Both the position numbers and the translations under genes were made by a program. A stretch of DNA of 63,787 nt, counting the filler, from Corallochytrium limacisporum Hawaii (Eukaryota > Protista > Pluriformea): NCBI GenBank assembly GCA_002811645.1. It is 4 parts of 4 records of this genome, joined end to end, with 100 filler letters (N's around TTAATTAATTAA, not from the genome) between each part and the next. Parts side by side here need not be neighbours in the genome. Positions count along the whole stretch, not along the records: positions 1 to 20,406 come from PDIP01000155.1; positions 20,507 to 45,499 come from PDIP01000120.1; 2 more parts are not named here. One strand, 5' to 3'. The notes beneath the pieces are model-generated. The model was not told where the DNA came from. It worked only from the letters and a program-made list of their open reading frames with translations, and did not search any database. This document shows positions 9,635 to 20,730 of this stretch, one piece after another; positions within the stretch are counted from its first letter, which is position 1, and the number at the start of each line of letters is the position of its first letter.

Positions 9635-12600
9635 ATGGAGTCTCCGCAATTAGCCTTTCCAGACAGTCCGTACCCTGACGATACGACCTTTACCCCGGAG
9701 GCGCCGGCGACGCGACAATCATACCTTGATCACTTTGACGAGCATGATGGAGATAAAGAGAACCTTGATGAGCGGGAACATGCAGCAAAACGCGTCAAAT
9801 TTGATGGTTCTAAAACACATCACAAGCCAGTAAGCACTGGATGCGACGATTTAATTCGCAATATAACAAAGTACCATGAGAACGATGGAACTTACGCTGG
9901 GCTAACCGACGAATTCATGCGGAAGCTGCGTTTGTCATACGGACTCGACAAGAGATTCTATGATTATGCAGTGCATGCGAACGACCGATGTGGTTCAACC
10001 AAGGTAGTGGCCAATTTGCTCTTGGGCGGACTGCGCATTAAGTTTCCCTTCAAGCCCTACAAAGTCCAGCTGCAGATGATGACTGCCATGGTGAAAGCTA
10101 TGGCCAAGAAAGAAAATGCATTACTCGAGGCGCCGACTGGTTCTGGCAAGAGTATGGCCATTATCTGTGCGGCTAGTGCTTATTTGATTGAACAAGAGAA
10201 AACGTTGGCAAAGGAGGTCCAAAAATTGCAAGACGAAGAGGATCAGGATCGTAAGAATGTGAAAGATCAGAACGAGTGGCTGCGTTCTCACTTTGGAGGA
10301 CGGGACAATGAAGGGTTCTGTCTTGTCCGTGAGGATGGTAAATTGGAACGGTTGAATGGCGACGGTCAGTGCAAGCAATGCTGGAAAGTGGTCAAAACTT
10401 CCGATAATGCTGCCATCAAGAAGATGAAGGTCATGAACGAAGGCGTATCGCAATCGAGAAGACCAGGATCATTACAAATGTGGGCGAGCCAGGATGTGAA
10501 TGACTTTGTATCTGACCAGGGCCCCAGCCAGCAAGATGAGAAACATATTCTATCCATCTCCTCGGTACCTGATGAGGACGTGTGGTGTGATTGTGATATC
10601 CCCCAGTTTGCCTTCGAGGGGCGAAGAGCGCACAAGCTCAAGCCAACAAAGATATACGTAGCCAGTCGCACACATCGGCAGTTGAGCCAACTCATAAAAG
10701 AGTTCAAGCGCACACCCTACGGGCGACAAATTTCGTCCGTGGTCCTGGGTGCGCGGACCCATACCTGCATCAATGACGATCTCATGAATGATGACAGGTT
10801 CAAGGATAAGAATGAGGGATGTAAGGAATTCCGCAAGCTTCGGAAGTGCAAGAAGCATCAGGAAATTGAGGAACTATCGTCGAAACTGAATACTGCAATG
10901 CGTGATGGCCTGGTGCCTGTGGCAGATATAGAGGATCTTCGTGCTGTAGGTAAGAAGCATGACAAGTGTCCTTACTATATTTCCGATTACCTGCATAAGC
11001 ACGCGTCGTCTATTGTCTTCTGTCCTTATAACTACATTATCGACCCCAACATACGAGACGCTAAGGAAATCGACCTTGACAATGCTATCATCATTATTGA
11101 TGAAGGTCATAACATTGAAGATGTGGCCCGAGATAGTCTCAGTTGCAAGTTTTCCGTGCAACAGATTGCAAACTTTATGTCCCAACTGGCTACGCATGTG
11201 AAAGCTCTAGAAGCCCAATCGGCAGATCCGTATGATGATTTCACAGAGGGACTGGCCACCTCCCTTCGGGACATGGTTGAAGCAGGTGCAGTGAGCCCGG
11301 ATCTGATTAGGGCAGTCAGGGACCTGCTGCAGTTCTACACAGGTCTCAACAGATGGGCCCAAAATTGTATTGAATTCCCGGAACGGGAAACCATGTACGA
11401 GAGTAACAGTACAACCAAGCGAGGTATGCACTTCCTCACCGAGTTGAAGCAATATCTGACCAGTGATCAATTGAAGGATGCGTCTAAGGCCTGTCAGTTC
11501 CTCAACGATTTAGACACGGATCTAGTCTTCTCTAAGGAGGCGCTAGACCGGGCTGGGTCTCTGGTTCGTGTCTTCAATGCCATGGAGGAGGATAATAAGG
11601 CATGTGCTAATGACTTCTGTGTCTACGGTGTTAAGAATCCTGCCAATGTGCGGCAAAACAGGGAAGAGGTGATTACCATCCATATCCTGCTCCTGAATCC
11701 TGCGGTGGTCATGCGTGATATCGGCACCCGCGCCCACAGTGTGATCATTACCAGTGGCACGTTGAGCCCTATGAACACATTCGCCGCAGAACTGGGGCTA
11801 AACTTCCCCCACGTGCTGGAAGGTGACCATGTCAATCCCGTACAAAACACTTTCGTGGCTCCCATTGGTGTGGGTTTGGATGGCCGCCAGATCAACACAA
11901 TGTACAAGCAAATCAATGACGTGGGTATGCAGGACCGCATGGCTAAAAGTATATTGGAGATATTGAACGCCACTCCCGGTGGTGTGTTAATTTTCTTTAC
12001 GTCCTATCGCACCATGAAGAATCTGCTGATGCGGTGGGCAAACACCGGAGAGTTAGCTCGTATGGCCGTGATCAAGAAGATTTTTGCTGAGCCCAAAGAC
12101 AATGATCAACTGGACGTGGTTATGCAGAAGTACCGATCAGTCGTGACCGATGCTCAGAACCCTGTTCCAGGGAACCGCATCACCGGGGCCTGTCTGTTTG
12201 CAGTTTTCCGTGGCAAGGTGTCGGAAGGCATCGATTTTGCCGACGACCTTGCACGAGCTGTGGTCGTGGCCGGTATTCCATACCCAAATACGCAGGATAA
12301 AGGAATCGAGGAGAAGAAAAGGTACAACAACGAAAGACACCGCATGGGATTGACTAGCCTCAACGGCGATGACTGGATGAGCACACAGGCGTATCGTGCT
12401 CTGAACCAGGCGCTGGGTCGGTGCATTCGTCACCGTGAGGACTGGGGGTCTATTCTCATGATGGATGCTCGCTTCTACCAGCAACCTGTAATCGGAAAAG
12501 TCTCCAAGTGGATCCGCGGGCGAGTGCGACCGTGTGGGAATCGGCGCGTGCAGGAAATGGCCCTGGAGATCAAGGACTTTTGCAAACGGTGTACCGCAGC

Positions 12601-12973
12601 TGATCACGCGGCCGCAGAGAGGCGGACCCGAGTGCTTGAGGACCGCGATTCGGATGAAGACGTCTCTGGAGAACACCGTGACCGGCGTCGATCTTGTAAT
12701 ATTAGCTACGAAGAGGATGAATCGGAGACGACCGGTAGCAATGCGTTCAGAAGTGTGCACCACACAAGTGGAAATCGACCGTTTGTCAACCAACGTCGCC
12801 CGCCGAATGGGGACAACAGCAGCAGTCGCTTTCGCATCAACACCAGAGCAGGCCGTAGTCGCCGGCAATACATTTCCCAGTTCTCCGACGGCGTCCGAGT
12901 CGAGATCATTGTGGAGGATCTGTTGTCGAACGGGTGGTTGAATGTAATCGGGCTGCAGAACGCCATGCCGTAA
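9635..12973 (+). CDS. BRIP1: Fe-S cluster XPD-family 5'-3' DNA helicase, FANCJ/BRIP1-like
   Basis: GGLRIKFPFKPYKVQLQMM, Walker A EAPTGSGKS, long insert, KIYVASRTHRQLSQLIKEFKRTPY, Fe-S cysteines with CPYY, DEGHNIEDVAR, TSGTLSP, RGKVSEGIDF, QAYRALNQALGRCIRHREDWG. Confidence 0.85.
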   Translation: MESPQLAFPDSPYPDDTTFTPEAPATRQSYLDHFDEHDGDKENLDEREHAAKRVKFDGSKTHHKPVSTGCDDLIRNITKYHENDGTYAGLTDEFMRKLRLSYGLDKRFYDYAVHANDRCGSTKVVANLLLGGLRIKFPFKPYKVQLQMMTAMVKAMAKKENALLEAPTGSGKSMAIICAASAYLIEQEKTLAKEVQKLQDEEDQDRKNVKDQNEWLRSHFGGRDNEGFCLVREDGKLERLNGDGQCKQCWKVVKTSDNAAIKKMKVMNEGVSQSRRPGSLQMWASQDVNDFVSDQGPSQQDEKHILSISSVPDEDVWCDCDIPQFAFEGRRAHKLKPTKIYVASRTHRQLSQLIKEFKRTPYGRQISSVVLGARTHTCINDDLMNDDRFKDKNEGCKEFRKLRKCKKHQEIEELSSKLNTAMRDGLVPVADIEDLRAVGKKHDKCPYYISDYLHKHASSIVFCPYNYIIDPNIRDAKEIDLDNAIIIIDEGHNIEDVARDSLSCKFSVQQIANFMSQLATHVKALEAQSADPYDDFTEGLATSLRDMVEAGAVSPDLIRAVRDLLQFYTGLNRWAQNCIEFPERETMYESNSTTKRGMHFLTELKQYLTSDQLKDASKACQFLNDLDTDLVFSKEALDRAGSLVRVFNAMEEDNKACANDFCVYGVKNPANVRQNREEVITIHILLLNPAVVMRDIGTRAHSVIITSGTLSPMNTFAAELGLNFPHVLEGDHVNPVQNTFVAPIGVGLDGRQINTMYKQINDVGMQDRMAKSILEILNATPGGVLIFFTSYRTMKNLLMRWANTGELARMAVIKKIFAEPKDNDQLDVVMQKYRSVVTDAQNPVPGNRITGACLFAVFRGKVSEGIDFADDLARAVVVAGIPYPNTQDKGIEEKKRYNNERHRMGLTSLNGDDWMSTQAYRALNQALGRCIRHREDWGSILMMDARFYQQPVIGKVSKWIRGRVRPCGNRRVQEMALEIKDFCKRCTAADHAAAERRTRVLEDRDSDEDVSGEHRDRRRSCNISYEEDESETTGSNAFRSVHHTSGNRPFVNQRRPPNGDNSSSRFRINTRAGRSRRQYISQFSDGVRVEIIVEDLLSNGWLNVIGLQNAMP

Positions 12974-13095
12974 CTGACAGAACTTTGTACATTTGTTTAG
13001 TTTCTCACATTATCTCAAGACATGCACATAGTGCTCGTACATTTCGGTTCGTTCTTTAATTCGGTAGTTTGATGATGGATGCATGAGTGAATTCT

Positions 13096-14118
13096 TTAAA
13101 CCGTTTCCGTGAATGTGGTTTTTTCGATCGTTTGCTGTTCAAGGCTTTTCTTCTCACACTTAGGCGCTGGAGCCGGTTGCTCCTCGTCATGTTCATCCTC
13201 ACTCTCAACTGTATCTAAATTTGTCTCTCCTTGTCCTCCATCTTTCTCATCGCCATCTTCCTCATCGCCATCTTCCTCATCGCCATCTTCCACAAACTCG
13301 TCCTCTTCCTCATCATCAGAGTTGCCCAGGCTGAGCATGTCAAAGTCAAAATAATTGTCACCATTCCTTTCTTTTGCCTCCCGTCGGTGGCGGTCCTGCT
13401 CCTGCAGGTTTGCAATCCAGGCCTCCTGCGCGGCAATTACTTCTGCCGAGTCCTTGCACTGTGCATAGATCCCAAGCAATTCTTCATTGACCTCCAGGAA
13501 AGCATGGCCCCACTTGAACTTGGCCAGAAGAGCGTCTGCCTCGTCCCAGAACCCGGCAATGGCCAGACACGCCGCGTAGGCCTCAACACAGCTGAGTGTC
13601 GCCGGCTTACCATAGTTCACGGGATTTGTAGCAATTAGGTAAGGCAGCAGGCGCAGGTGGCCATGGATCTTTTTGAATGGCACTGCATCCAGTTGCGCCC
13701 ATGAACAATCCACGACGGCCATACCGGCACGAGCAACAATGTCTCGGTCAGCGGGACTTACTGTTCGAGTCGCGCTCGGACTAAGAACGATGCCCCCGTG
13801 GTTCCCACTGCCACCGCGCCCAGGCAGTGGCATCTCTCTAACGTAGCCCAGACGCGCGAGCTTGCGTCCAGTGCATCGGCGCGGGTCGCATTGCTGAAAG
13901 TCCCATAAGCCAAGGGGAATCATTGCTCCAGCATTCTCACCGTCTACTATGGGGATGCCCCGGATATTGGCACCAGTCTTGCCTTGCTTTGGCGCAGTGC
14001 CGCTTGTACCTTCTCCCCCAGCGTTTGTCCTGTTCTTATTCGCACTACCCCGCGGTCCTTTACCATTGTCGCGGCCCTGACCCCGCCGTCCTGACTGTTG
14101 TTTGCTATGGCGTGGCAT
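13096..14118 (-). CDS. TSR3: 18S rRNA aminocarboxypropyltransferase Tsr3 with acidic tail
   Basis: WDFQQCDPRRCTGRKL, VSPAD, VDCSWA, RLLPYLIATNPVNYGKP..LSCVEA, FKWGHAFL. Confidence 0.95.
   Translation of the reverse strand: MPRHSKQQSGRRGQGRDNGKGPRGSANKNRTNAGGEGTSGTAPKQGKTGANIRGIPIVDGENAGAMIPLGLWDFQQCDPRRCTGRKLARLGYVREMPLPGRGGSGNHGGIVLSPSATRTVSPADRDIVARAGMAVVDCSWAQLDAVPFKKIHGHLRLLPYLIATNPVNYGKPATLSCVEAYAACLAIAGFWDEADALLAKFKWGHAFLEVNEELLGIYAQCKDSAEVIAAQEAWIANLQEQDRHRREAKERNGDNYFDFDMLSLGNSDDEEEDEFVEDGDEEDGDEEDGDEKDGGQGETNLDTVESEDEHDEEQPAPAPKCEKKSLEQQTIEKTTFTETV
13241..13290 (-). repeat. 15-bp coding tandem repeat (about 3 copies, EDGDE) in the TSR3 acidic tail
   Basis: tcttcctcatcgcca repeated on the + strand. 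Confidence 0.8.
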
Positions 14119-14846
14119 AAAGATATCGTTCTATATGCAAATACTTCGATCGACGGTGAAGAGTGATCAAGGCTTGTCTGATTGATCACATGCTGCCATT
14201 GAAACTATCCACATATAACAGGTTTTAAGTGTGTCCTCTCATAATTCCGCAAACCCTAGCTGTGTATTGCTAGATTATTCATATTGAGAGAAGTGCTACT
14301 AAGCGCGCTGAAACAGCTTCACGTCTGCATGCTCGACCGTGAATATCATTCAGGAAGAGCAACTCACGGGTAGAGTGTTCATGAGACTCACCCACACCTT
14401 TCCCCAAGGGCCGCCCAGTGGCCCGCATTCAACCAATCTTTTACTACCGGTTGGTACATTCACTATGAGCTGTATACCCAAGGTACCAGGAACCGGGACA
14501 GAACCCCCTGGCTTCTGCGCTCCGCCTCCCATTCCTTCGTACTTGTGCTTCCCATAGCCAATACACCGCATTCTCCGTCCCAGCGGGGAGTTCATCTTGT
14601 ATATACAGGCCGTTGGTTCTGTGGCTAGGGAAGCCGTTCACTTTTCCTCTTTCGCGAAACTAACCCCTATACGCCGCCCCCCCCCCTCCCCCTCGCCCCC
14701 CTTACTTGGCTGAGAACTGGGCGCTTCGGCTGCCCGTGTGCTGGCCCCTGCCCCAGGGCTGGCGGTTGGAACGGGGACAGGGGGTGGCTGCCAACCCCAC
14801 GCGGACCGCGTGCCATCGGTGGGAAGTGAGGGGGGCCCTTGAAGAT

Positions 14847-14878
<32 letters not shown>

Positions 14879-14883
14879 ACACA
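14847..14883. repeat. (CA)n microsatellite in the TSR3/eIF3a divergent intergenic region
   Basis: Direct reading of the sequence. Confidence 0.95.
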
Positions 14884-15499
14884 GAGGGGGTGCAAAGGGC
14901 TGCGGAGACGGAGAGAGCGCAGAGCGCTGGCTGTAGCGAGAGTACGGTGTAGGGAGGCTTGCAATAGCAAGTAAGTGTGCGACCTGTGCCGTGCGTTTGA
15001 AGGGGAGAATTTGAGATCGACATGGTGTTGTGTTTGCTTTAGAAACCATCAGAATAGTCTTGAAGTTGGCTGCTTTGTTTGATTGTAGAAATAGTAGTAG
15101 CGTCATAATACTCTGTGTCACCAGTTGTTTTTGTTGCATGTGACATGAGCTGACGACATCCTCAGGTATAACAGAAAACATAACATGTAAACTACTGAGC
15201 CCAGTGTCCATTACTTTCTCTTACACCGCACCATTCGGGGAATAAGGATTAACAAAGGGTCACAACGGAAACGGTCTATTTGGGAATAGATCATTTGTGA
15301 AACCCTTCCGTTGAATAGTTCAATACCCCGAGGAGTAAACCAAAGCCAACACAACGAGACGTTGAAGGTCTCGATAGAAAAATAGCTATCAATTATTGCG
15401 TGTAGCGGTGCACGTATACAACAATTCTGTTTCTTTCTATTCTCTTAGATTTATCCGTAGCCTATCGGGAACAAGATTATTTAACAGATTCAAGAAACC

Positions 15500-18400
15500 A
15501 TGCGTTACTTTTATCTTCCGGAGAATGCTCTCAAGCGGGCTAATGAACTGGTAGGCGTGGGCAACAAGCAGGCTGCACTGGAGTCTCTGCATGATGTCAT
15601 CCAAAGTAAACGCCACCGTCAGTGGCAACAATCTATGGAATCGGTTCTGCTGAGGCACATGGAACTCTGTGTTGAGCTGCAGAAGGGCCGAGTAGCCAAG
15701 GATGCCCTGCATCAGTACAAGAATATTTGCCAGCAGATGCATCTGGCCAGCATGGAGACAGTTATCCGCCATTTGGTGAAGCTTAGCGAGGCTGAGGCCG
15801 AGAAGGCCCGTGAGAAAGCCACCGAAGCAGTTGTGGATATAGATGACTTGGAGGCTTCCGAGACCCCTGAGTCACTTATTCTGGCTACCGTGAGTGGTGA
15901 AGACATGAAAGACCGAACTGACCGACTCATGCTCACTCCCTGGCTGAAATTTCTCTGGGAGGTGTACCGCACTGTCCTGGATATTCTACGCAACAATGCC
16001 AAGCTTGAACCCCTTTACCAGCAGACTGCTCAGCAGGCCTTTGAGTTCTGCTTGCGGTACGGCCGCAAGACTGAATTCCGCCGCCTGTGCGAACTGCTGC
16101 GCAACCATCTGATCCAGGTCTCCCGTGGCGGCAGCCAGCCCAATCACATTAACCTGAACAACCCGGACTCCCTGCAGATGCACCTTGAGACCCGCTTTGC
16201 CCAGCTGAACACGGCTATCAAGATGGAACTATGGCAGGAGGCCTACCGTAGTATCCGTGACATTCATGAACTTCTTGGTCTGAGCCGCAAGGCGCCAAAG
16301 CCGCAGATGATGGCACATTACTACCAGGCCCTCGCCCAGGTCCTGTGGATGAGCAAGCACTACCTTTTCCACGCTTGTGCATTGATGAAGCTGTATGTCC
16401 TCACCCGTGACCAGAAGAAGTCCTGGGCCGATGAGGATCACCGCGAGATGGCTACACGGGTTGTCCTGGCGTGCCTGTGCGTTCAACAAGACAAGCCAGC
16501 GGGTATTGTGGATCTGTACTCGGAGGAGGACTTTACCCTGCGCAAGCGGCGTGAGCTGGCACCGCTGCTGGGTGTCACGAAACCCCCAAGCCGCGAGGAC
16601 CTAATGGCCGATCTGCGCCGCCAGAACATCCTTGAGTTCTGCACCCCTGAAATGGCCCAGTTGTTCAACATCATGGAGCACACCTTTGACCCCCTAAACA
16701 TGAAAAATGCTGTGGTTGATGGTCTGAATTACGTGAAGAACAGTGAACAGTATGCCTTTATGGCATCCGCATTAGAAGATGCCATTCTTATGCGCATTCT
16801 GCTGCAAATTAGTCAGGTCTACTCCAGTATGAAATTGAGTCGATTGGTCGAGCTGGTTGGCTTCCGTTCCCGTGAAGATATTGAAATCTTCCTGGCCGAG
16901 GCTGTTAAGCAGCGCATCCTGGAGATCCGGATCAACCACCGACAGGACGCGGTGTTGTTTGGCACCACATCTCTGTACCAGGACTGTGAAGAAATTGTGG
17001 CTGGTCGCAAGGTCCAGGACACACAGTCGGAACGTATGCGTCACCATTTGAGTGCATTTGCGAAGCGCATGCACGAGGTCAGTCAGATGATCAAGCCCAT
17101 AACTTCCCAGGCACGGTCCATGGAAAAGGTCAAGGCTGTCCAGAATGCACACCAGCAGACCCCACTGGAGCACAAGGCTGCTTTGGAACGGAAGCTCATC
17201 ATCGAGCGTCGCCGCCAGGAGATGGAAACATACCAAATGATGAAGGAGAAGGAGGAGATGGATCGTCGACTGGTGCAGAAGCAAATGGAACAGCAGGCTG
17301 AATTGCAGCGTTTGGAAGAGGAATCTAAGCGTCGCGAGCAGGAACGCATGCAGAAGGAAAAGGAAGAGATGGATCGCATGACCACCATGCAAACGCTCAA
17401 GCAGCTGCAGAAGACTGCCAAGGGTTCCTCTCTACTCAAGGAGTTGGATCCGGAAGAAGTCGCCAAGCTGACACCGGATCAAATTGTCCAGAAACAGCTC
17501 GAGCAACTGGACCAGGAGAAGAAGGAGCTGGCGGCCAAACTGCGTGTGCAGGAGCGTAAGATTGACCACATGGAGCGTGCCAAGCGCTTGGTGGAAATTC
17601 CGTTGCGCCAGAAAGAGTACGAAGAGTGGCAGACCACGGATAAGGAACGCTGGGAGGCGCGCCAGGACGAACGCCAGAAGGAGGCCGAAGAGGCCCATCG
17701 GAACGCTTTGGCCAACAAAGAGCGGATTAGCCGCATGCTTGCGGACAAGGAACAGTTCCAGGCCTCCCTGCTTGACCGCCGTCGTGAGGAATACGAGCAG
17801 AAGCTGGCCAACTGGCAGAACAAGGTCGAGCGCGTGAAGAAGGAGCGCAAAGAACAACTGCGTCAGCAACGTGCACGCGAAGAACAAGAGAGACGGGAGC
17901 GTTCTGAACGTGAACGTCGGGAGCGAGAAGAGCGTGATCGCCGTGAGGCTGAGGAGCGAAAGCGCAAGGAGGAGGAAGCTAAACGCCGCGAGGAGGAGGA
18001 GCGGGAGTATCGCGAACGCATGGCAAAACTCGACGAGATCGAACGCAAGAAGCGGGCCAAGGAGGCCGAGGCCATGGCCCGGCAGCGCGAGGAGGCCTCT
18101 GCTGCCGGTGCTGGTCGCCCCAACGGCATGGGAGCTGGACGCCAACCCGTTGCTGTCGGTGGTGGTGACGGTGGCAGCTGGCGCCGTGACGGTCCACCTT
18201 CTGCGCGAGGTACTGGTGGCGGCTTTGGCGGTGACCGCCGTGGTGCTACACCGCGTGCTGCAGGAGATGAGGGAACCTGGCGCCGCCGGGACAATCCCGC
18301 AGCCGGTGGCTCCAGTGGTTCCACCCCGAGCGGCAGCACCGGTGATCTTCGCAGTGGTTCCCAGTCGAGTGGCGCATGGCGCCGTGGTGGTGGCAGCGCC

Positions 18401-18640
18401 GGCGGTAGTTCCTGGCGCCAGCGTGCTGCTGAATCTGGTGCCGGTGCCGACGGTAGTGCTGCCCCGCAGGGCGACGGAAAGTACCGTCCCCCAGTGCGAC
18501 GTGGCCAGGACGCCGGTCCAGGCGACAGTGGACCTCCTCCATCTCGTGCTGCCGCTGGCGGTTCGCGCAGCGGACGCGGTGGCTACAACCGTCGGGATGA
18601 CCGCGGTGGGTCCCGTCAAACTGAAGGCTCGTGGAGGTAA
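15500..18640 (+). CDS. EIF3A: Translation initiation factor 3 subunit A
   Basis: PENALKRANEL, LTPWLKFLWE.YR, RKTEFRRLC, ELWQEAYRS, PCI domain, long charged coiled coil, C-terminal G.WRR repeats. Confidence 0.97.
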   Translation: MRYFYLPENALKRANELVGVGNKQAALESLHDVIQSKRHRQWQQSMESVLLRHMELCVELQKGRVAKDALHQYKNICQQMHLASMETVIRHLVKLSEAEAEKAREKATEAVVDIDDLEASETPESLILATVSGEDMKDRTDRLMLTPWLKFLWEVYRTVLDILRNNAKLEPLYQQTAQQAFEFCLRYGRKTEFRRLCELLRNHLIQVSRGGSQPNHINLNNPDSLQMHLETRFAQLNTAIKMELWQEAYRSIRDIHELLGLSRKAPKPQMMAHYYQALAQVLWMSKHYLFHACALMKLYVLTRDQKKSWADEDHREMATRVVLACLCVQQDKPAGIVDLYSEEDFTLRKRRELAPLLGVTKPPSREDLMADLRRQNILEFCTPEMAQLFNIMEHTFDPLNMKNAVVDGLNYVKNSEQYAFMASALEDAILMRILLQISQVYSSMKLSRLVELVGFRSREDIEIFLAEAVKQRILEIRINHRQDAVLFGTTSLYQDCEEIVAGRKVQDTQSERMRHHLSAFAKRMHEVSQMIKPITSQARSMEKVKAVQNAHQQTPLEHKAALERKLIIERRRQEMETYQMMKEKEEMDRRLVQKQMEQQAELQRLEEESKRREQERMQKEKEEMDRMTTMQTLKQLQKTAKGSSLLKELDPEEVAKLTPDQIVQKQLEQLDQEKKELAAKLRVQERKIDHMERAKRLVEIPLRQKEYEEWQTTDKERWEARQDERQKEAEEAHRNALANKERISRMLADKEQFQASLLDRRREEYEQKLANWQNKVERVKKERKEQLRQQRAREEQERRERSERERREREERDRREAEERKRKEEEAKRREEEEREYRERMAKLDEIERKKRAKEAEAMARQREEASAAGAGRPNGMGAGRQPVAVGGGDGGSWRRDGPPSARGTGGGFGGDRRGATPRAAGDEGTWRRRDNPAAGGSSGSTPSGSTGDLRSGSQSSGAWRRGGGSAGGSSWRQRAAESGAGADGSAAPQGDGKYRPPVRRGQDAGPGDSGPPPSRAAAGGSRSGRGGYNRRDDRGGSRQTEGSWR

Positions 18641-19103
18641 CTGCAGCTGAGTAGTGGACATGTAACCATTGCAGCGGACACCGTCAAGTAATGGTGCGTG
18701 ACCTCTTAAGAGTCATTATCTTTAGCCTTTGTATTTCCAAGCCAGCCTTTTCAAAGCCGAGCCTTTTGAACCTTTGAACATATTATAGGTATACACTTCA
18801 CTTGGACACACTTCCATATTCCCCTTGTTCACTATGCGCGTTCTTTCGACCGCATTGACATCGACGGCAATCGCATCCGAGAGTCTTTGTTTCCGCGGAC
18901 CGATTCGAACGTCCTTTCTACGCACTGCACCCCGTCAGTTACGCTCAGCACCCACGGTGCCGGAGACTCCCAATTAATGAATCGGCAAGCAATCGAAAGT
19001 GGCTGTATTGCTGCACCTAAGCGGGGACCGGCGTGGAGTCCCATAAGCAGAGTGGTAAACTAGGACGGAGCATGTTGTGGTACCAAACCATTTGAGTTCT
19101 CAC

Positions 19104-19979
19104 TTACAGTTTGGTGAGACGAGTTAAGTCCTTAGCAGCGCCACTGTCAATTGCCCAGCGGGCACCTTTGCCCATGGGACGCACCAGTTGGCACGGCAGA
19201 ACCTCCACTTCGTTCTTGAATGGTTCCAGCAGGCGGCGGACCATCGGAGCCTTGCCCTCCCCAGCGGTCACAAAGGTGATACGTCGAGTATATGTGTTCA
19301 AGAAAGTGATGGTCAGGGTGATACGCTCAGGTGGTGGCTTGGGACTATCAAAGACTGGAGCCACAAGGCAGGATTGGCCACCATTCTCACCCGCAACAGC
19401 TTCCAGAGCCTTCGGATTGCCTAGGTTGCTACCTGGGAAGATGCTACAGGTATGACCGTCCGGGCCCATGCCGAGCAGGAGAAGGTCGGCTGGTGACAAG
19501 TTCTCCGGCTTGGGCTGACGATTCAAGTACTCCGGGGCAAGTTCCAAGGTTTCCTGCAGATCGTCTTGTGAGGCTGTTCCCAACAGGGCCCGTAGGCGGC
19601 GTTCATAGTCGCTGGCTGCTTCTCCGAGGCTAAGATTTGGGTTCATGGCCAGGACATTCGAGTCGGGCACGCCAAGGGGTCCAAAAATTTCCTTTTTGCA
19701 CAAATGGAAGTTGGAGTCTGAGTGATCCAGGGGCACGTACCGCTCATCGCAAAAGATAAAGTGCACCTTACTGGACCAGTCTACTTCCTTGGCTGTTGGG
19801 CAGCTTTCTGATTGCAGACCACGAGCCAGGATACCAGGCAGTGAACCACCACTCAATCCAATAATGGCCCTGCCACGCTTGTGAATTGCAGCCTTCGCCA
19901 CCGTACTAACATAAGTGGCAAGGTTGACCGACAGCGCCTGCTGGCTGTCGTAAACATAGATATCCGGAATTTCTGTCAT
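19104..19979 (-). CDS. PGLS: 6-phosphogluconolactonase (start re-assigned to MTEIPDIYVY)
   Basis: IGLSGGSLP, FCDERYVPLDHSDSN, LLLGMGPDGHTCSIFP, DSPKPPPERITLT. Confidence 0.93.
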   Translation of the reverse strand: MTEIPDIYVYDSQQALSVNLATYVSTVAKAAIHKRGRAIIGLSGGSLPGILARGLQSESCPTAKEVDWSSKVHFIFCDERYVPLDHSDSNFHLCKKEIFGPLGVPDSNVLAMNPNLSLGEAASDYERRLRALLGTASQDDLQETLELAPEYLNRQPKPENLSPADLLLLGMGPDGHTCSIFPGSNLGNPKALEAVAGENGGQSCLVAPVFDSPKPPPERITLTITFLNTYTRRITFVTAGEGKAPMVRRLLEPFKNEVEVLPCQLVRPMGKGARWAIDSGAAKDLTRLTKL

Positions 19980-20406
19980 TGAGCTGATCCACACACGCCG
20001 GTGTCTTAGTACTGAACAGGTAACGAACGTTTTCTTGTCACGTTTGGTCACCATTGTGTTTATACCTAAACAACGATCAGTGTTTACACTTCGGGCCTCC
20101 TCAGACCCCCACCCGCACGGGCTCAATTCATTTGGTTACCGATGTATTTTCCCAAGGGGGGAGGGAATATGAATAGGCTACGGTCTCCAAACTCTCCCCA
20201 ACCTTAGCCCACATCCAATCTTTTTAAAATGGACTCCCTTACAATCATAGGGATGTGATTTGGTTGAGCCTTTCATTTCGGCGGTTTTGGGCGCCAAAGG
20301 TTTTGGGGGTGGGGAGGGAGGTGCCGAGGCATCAAAGCAGCTGAAGCTAAATGGCTGGCAAGCCGGCCCCCCCCCCCCCGGGGGGGGGGGGGGGGGGGGG
20401 GGGGGG

Positions 20407-20506
20407 NNNNNNNNNNNNNNNNNNNNNNNNNNNNNNNNNNNNNNNNNNNNTTAATTAATTAANNNNNNNNNNNNNNNNNNNNNNNNNNNNNNNNNNNNNN
20501 NNNNNN
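20407..20506. other. Artificial contig linker (44 N + TTAATTAATTAA + 44 N)
   Basis: The same 100-nt structure, with stops in all six frames, recurs at 45500-45599 and 62578-62677. Confidence 0.95.
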
Positions 20507-20730
20507 ATCGATGGGAACAGAACTCTCCGTCACATCCTCCCCCCCCCCCGGGGGGCGGGGGAGGGAGAGGGGACGGGGGAGGTATCTTATGGTGCCCGCG
20601 CACAGAACTCCCGCGTGTGGCTAGTAGCCAACGGCCAGGGGTTGCGAGAACATGACACACGCACGAACGATGTGAAGACCGTTTTCTTTTTTCGAGATCA
20701 TACATGGACATCATTTAAACATTTGTACTG

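Noticed and set aside
17432-18661. 409-aa antisense ORF and other long shadow ORFs over EIF3A, NDK, condensin and the knottin genes
   Set aside because: Antisense shadows of biased or low-complexity coding sequence with no independent motifs.
20451-20462. TTAATTAATTAA palindrome, repeated at 45544-45555 and 62622-62633, as a biological motif
   Set aside because: Always centred in exactly 44+44 N; a six-frame-stop concatenation linker. Adjacency across these joins is therefore unproven.
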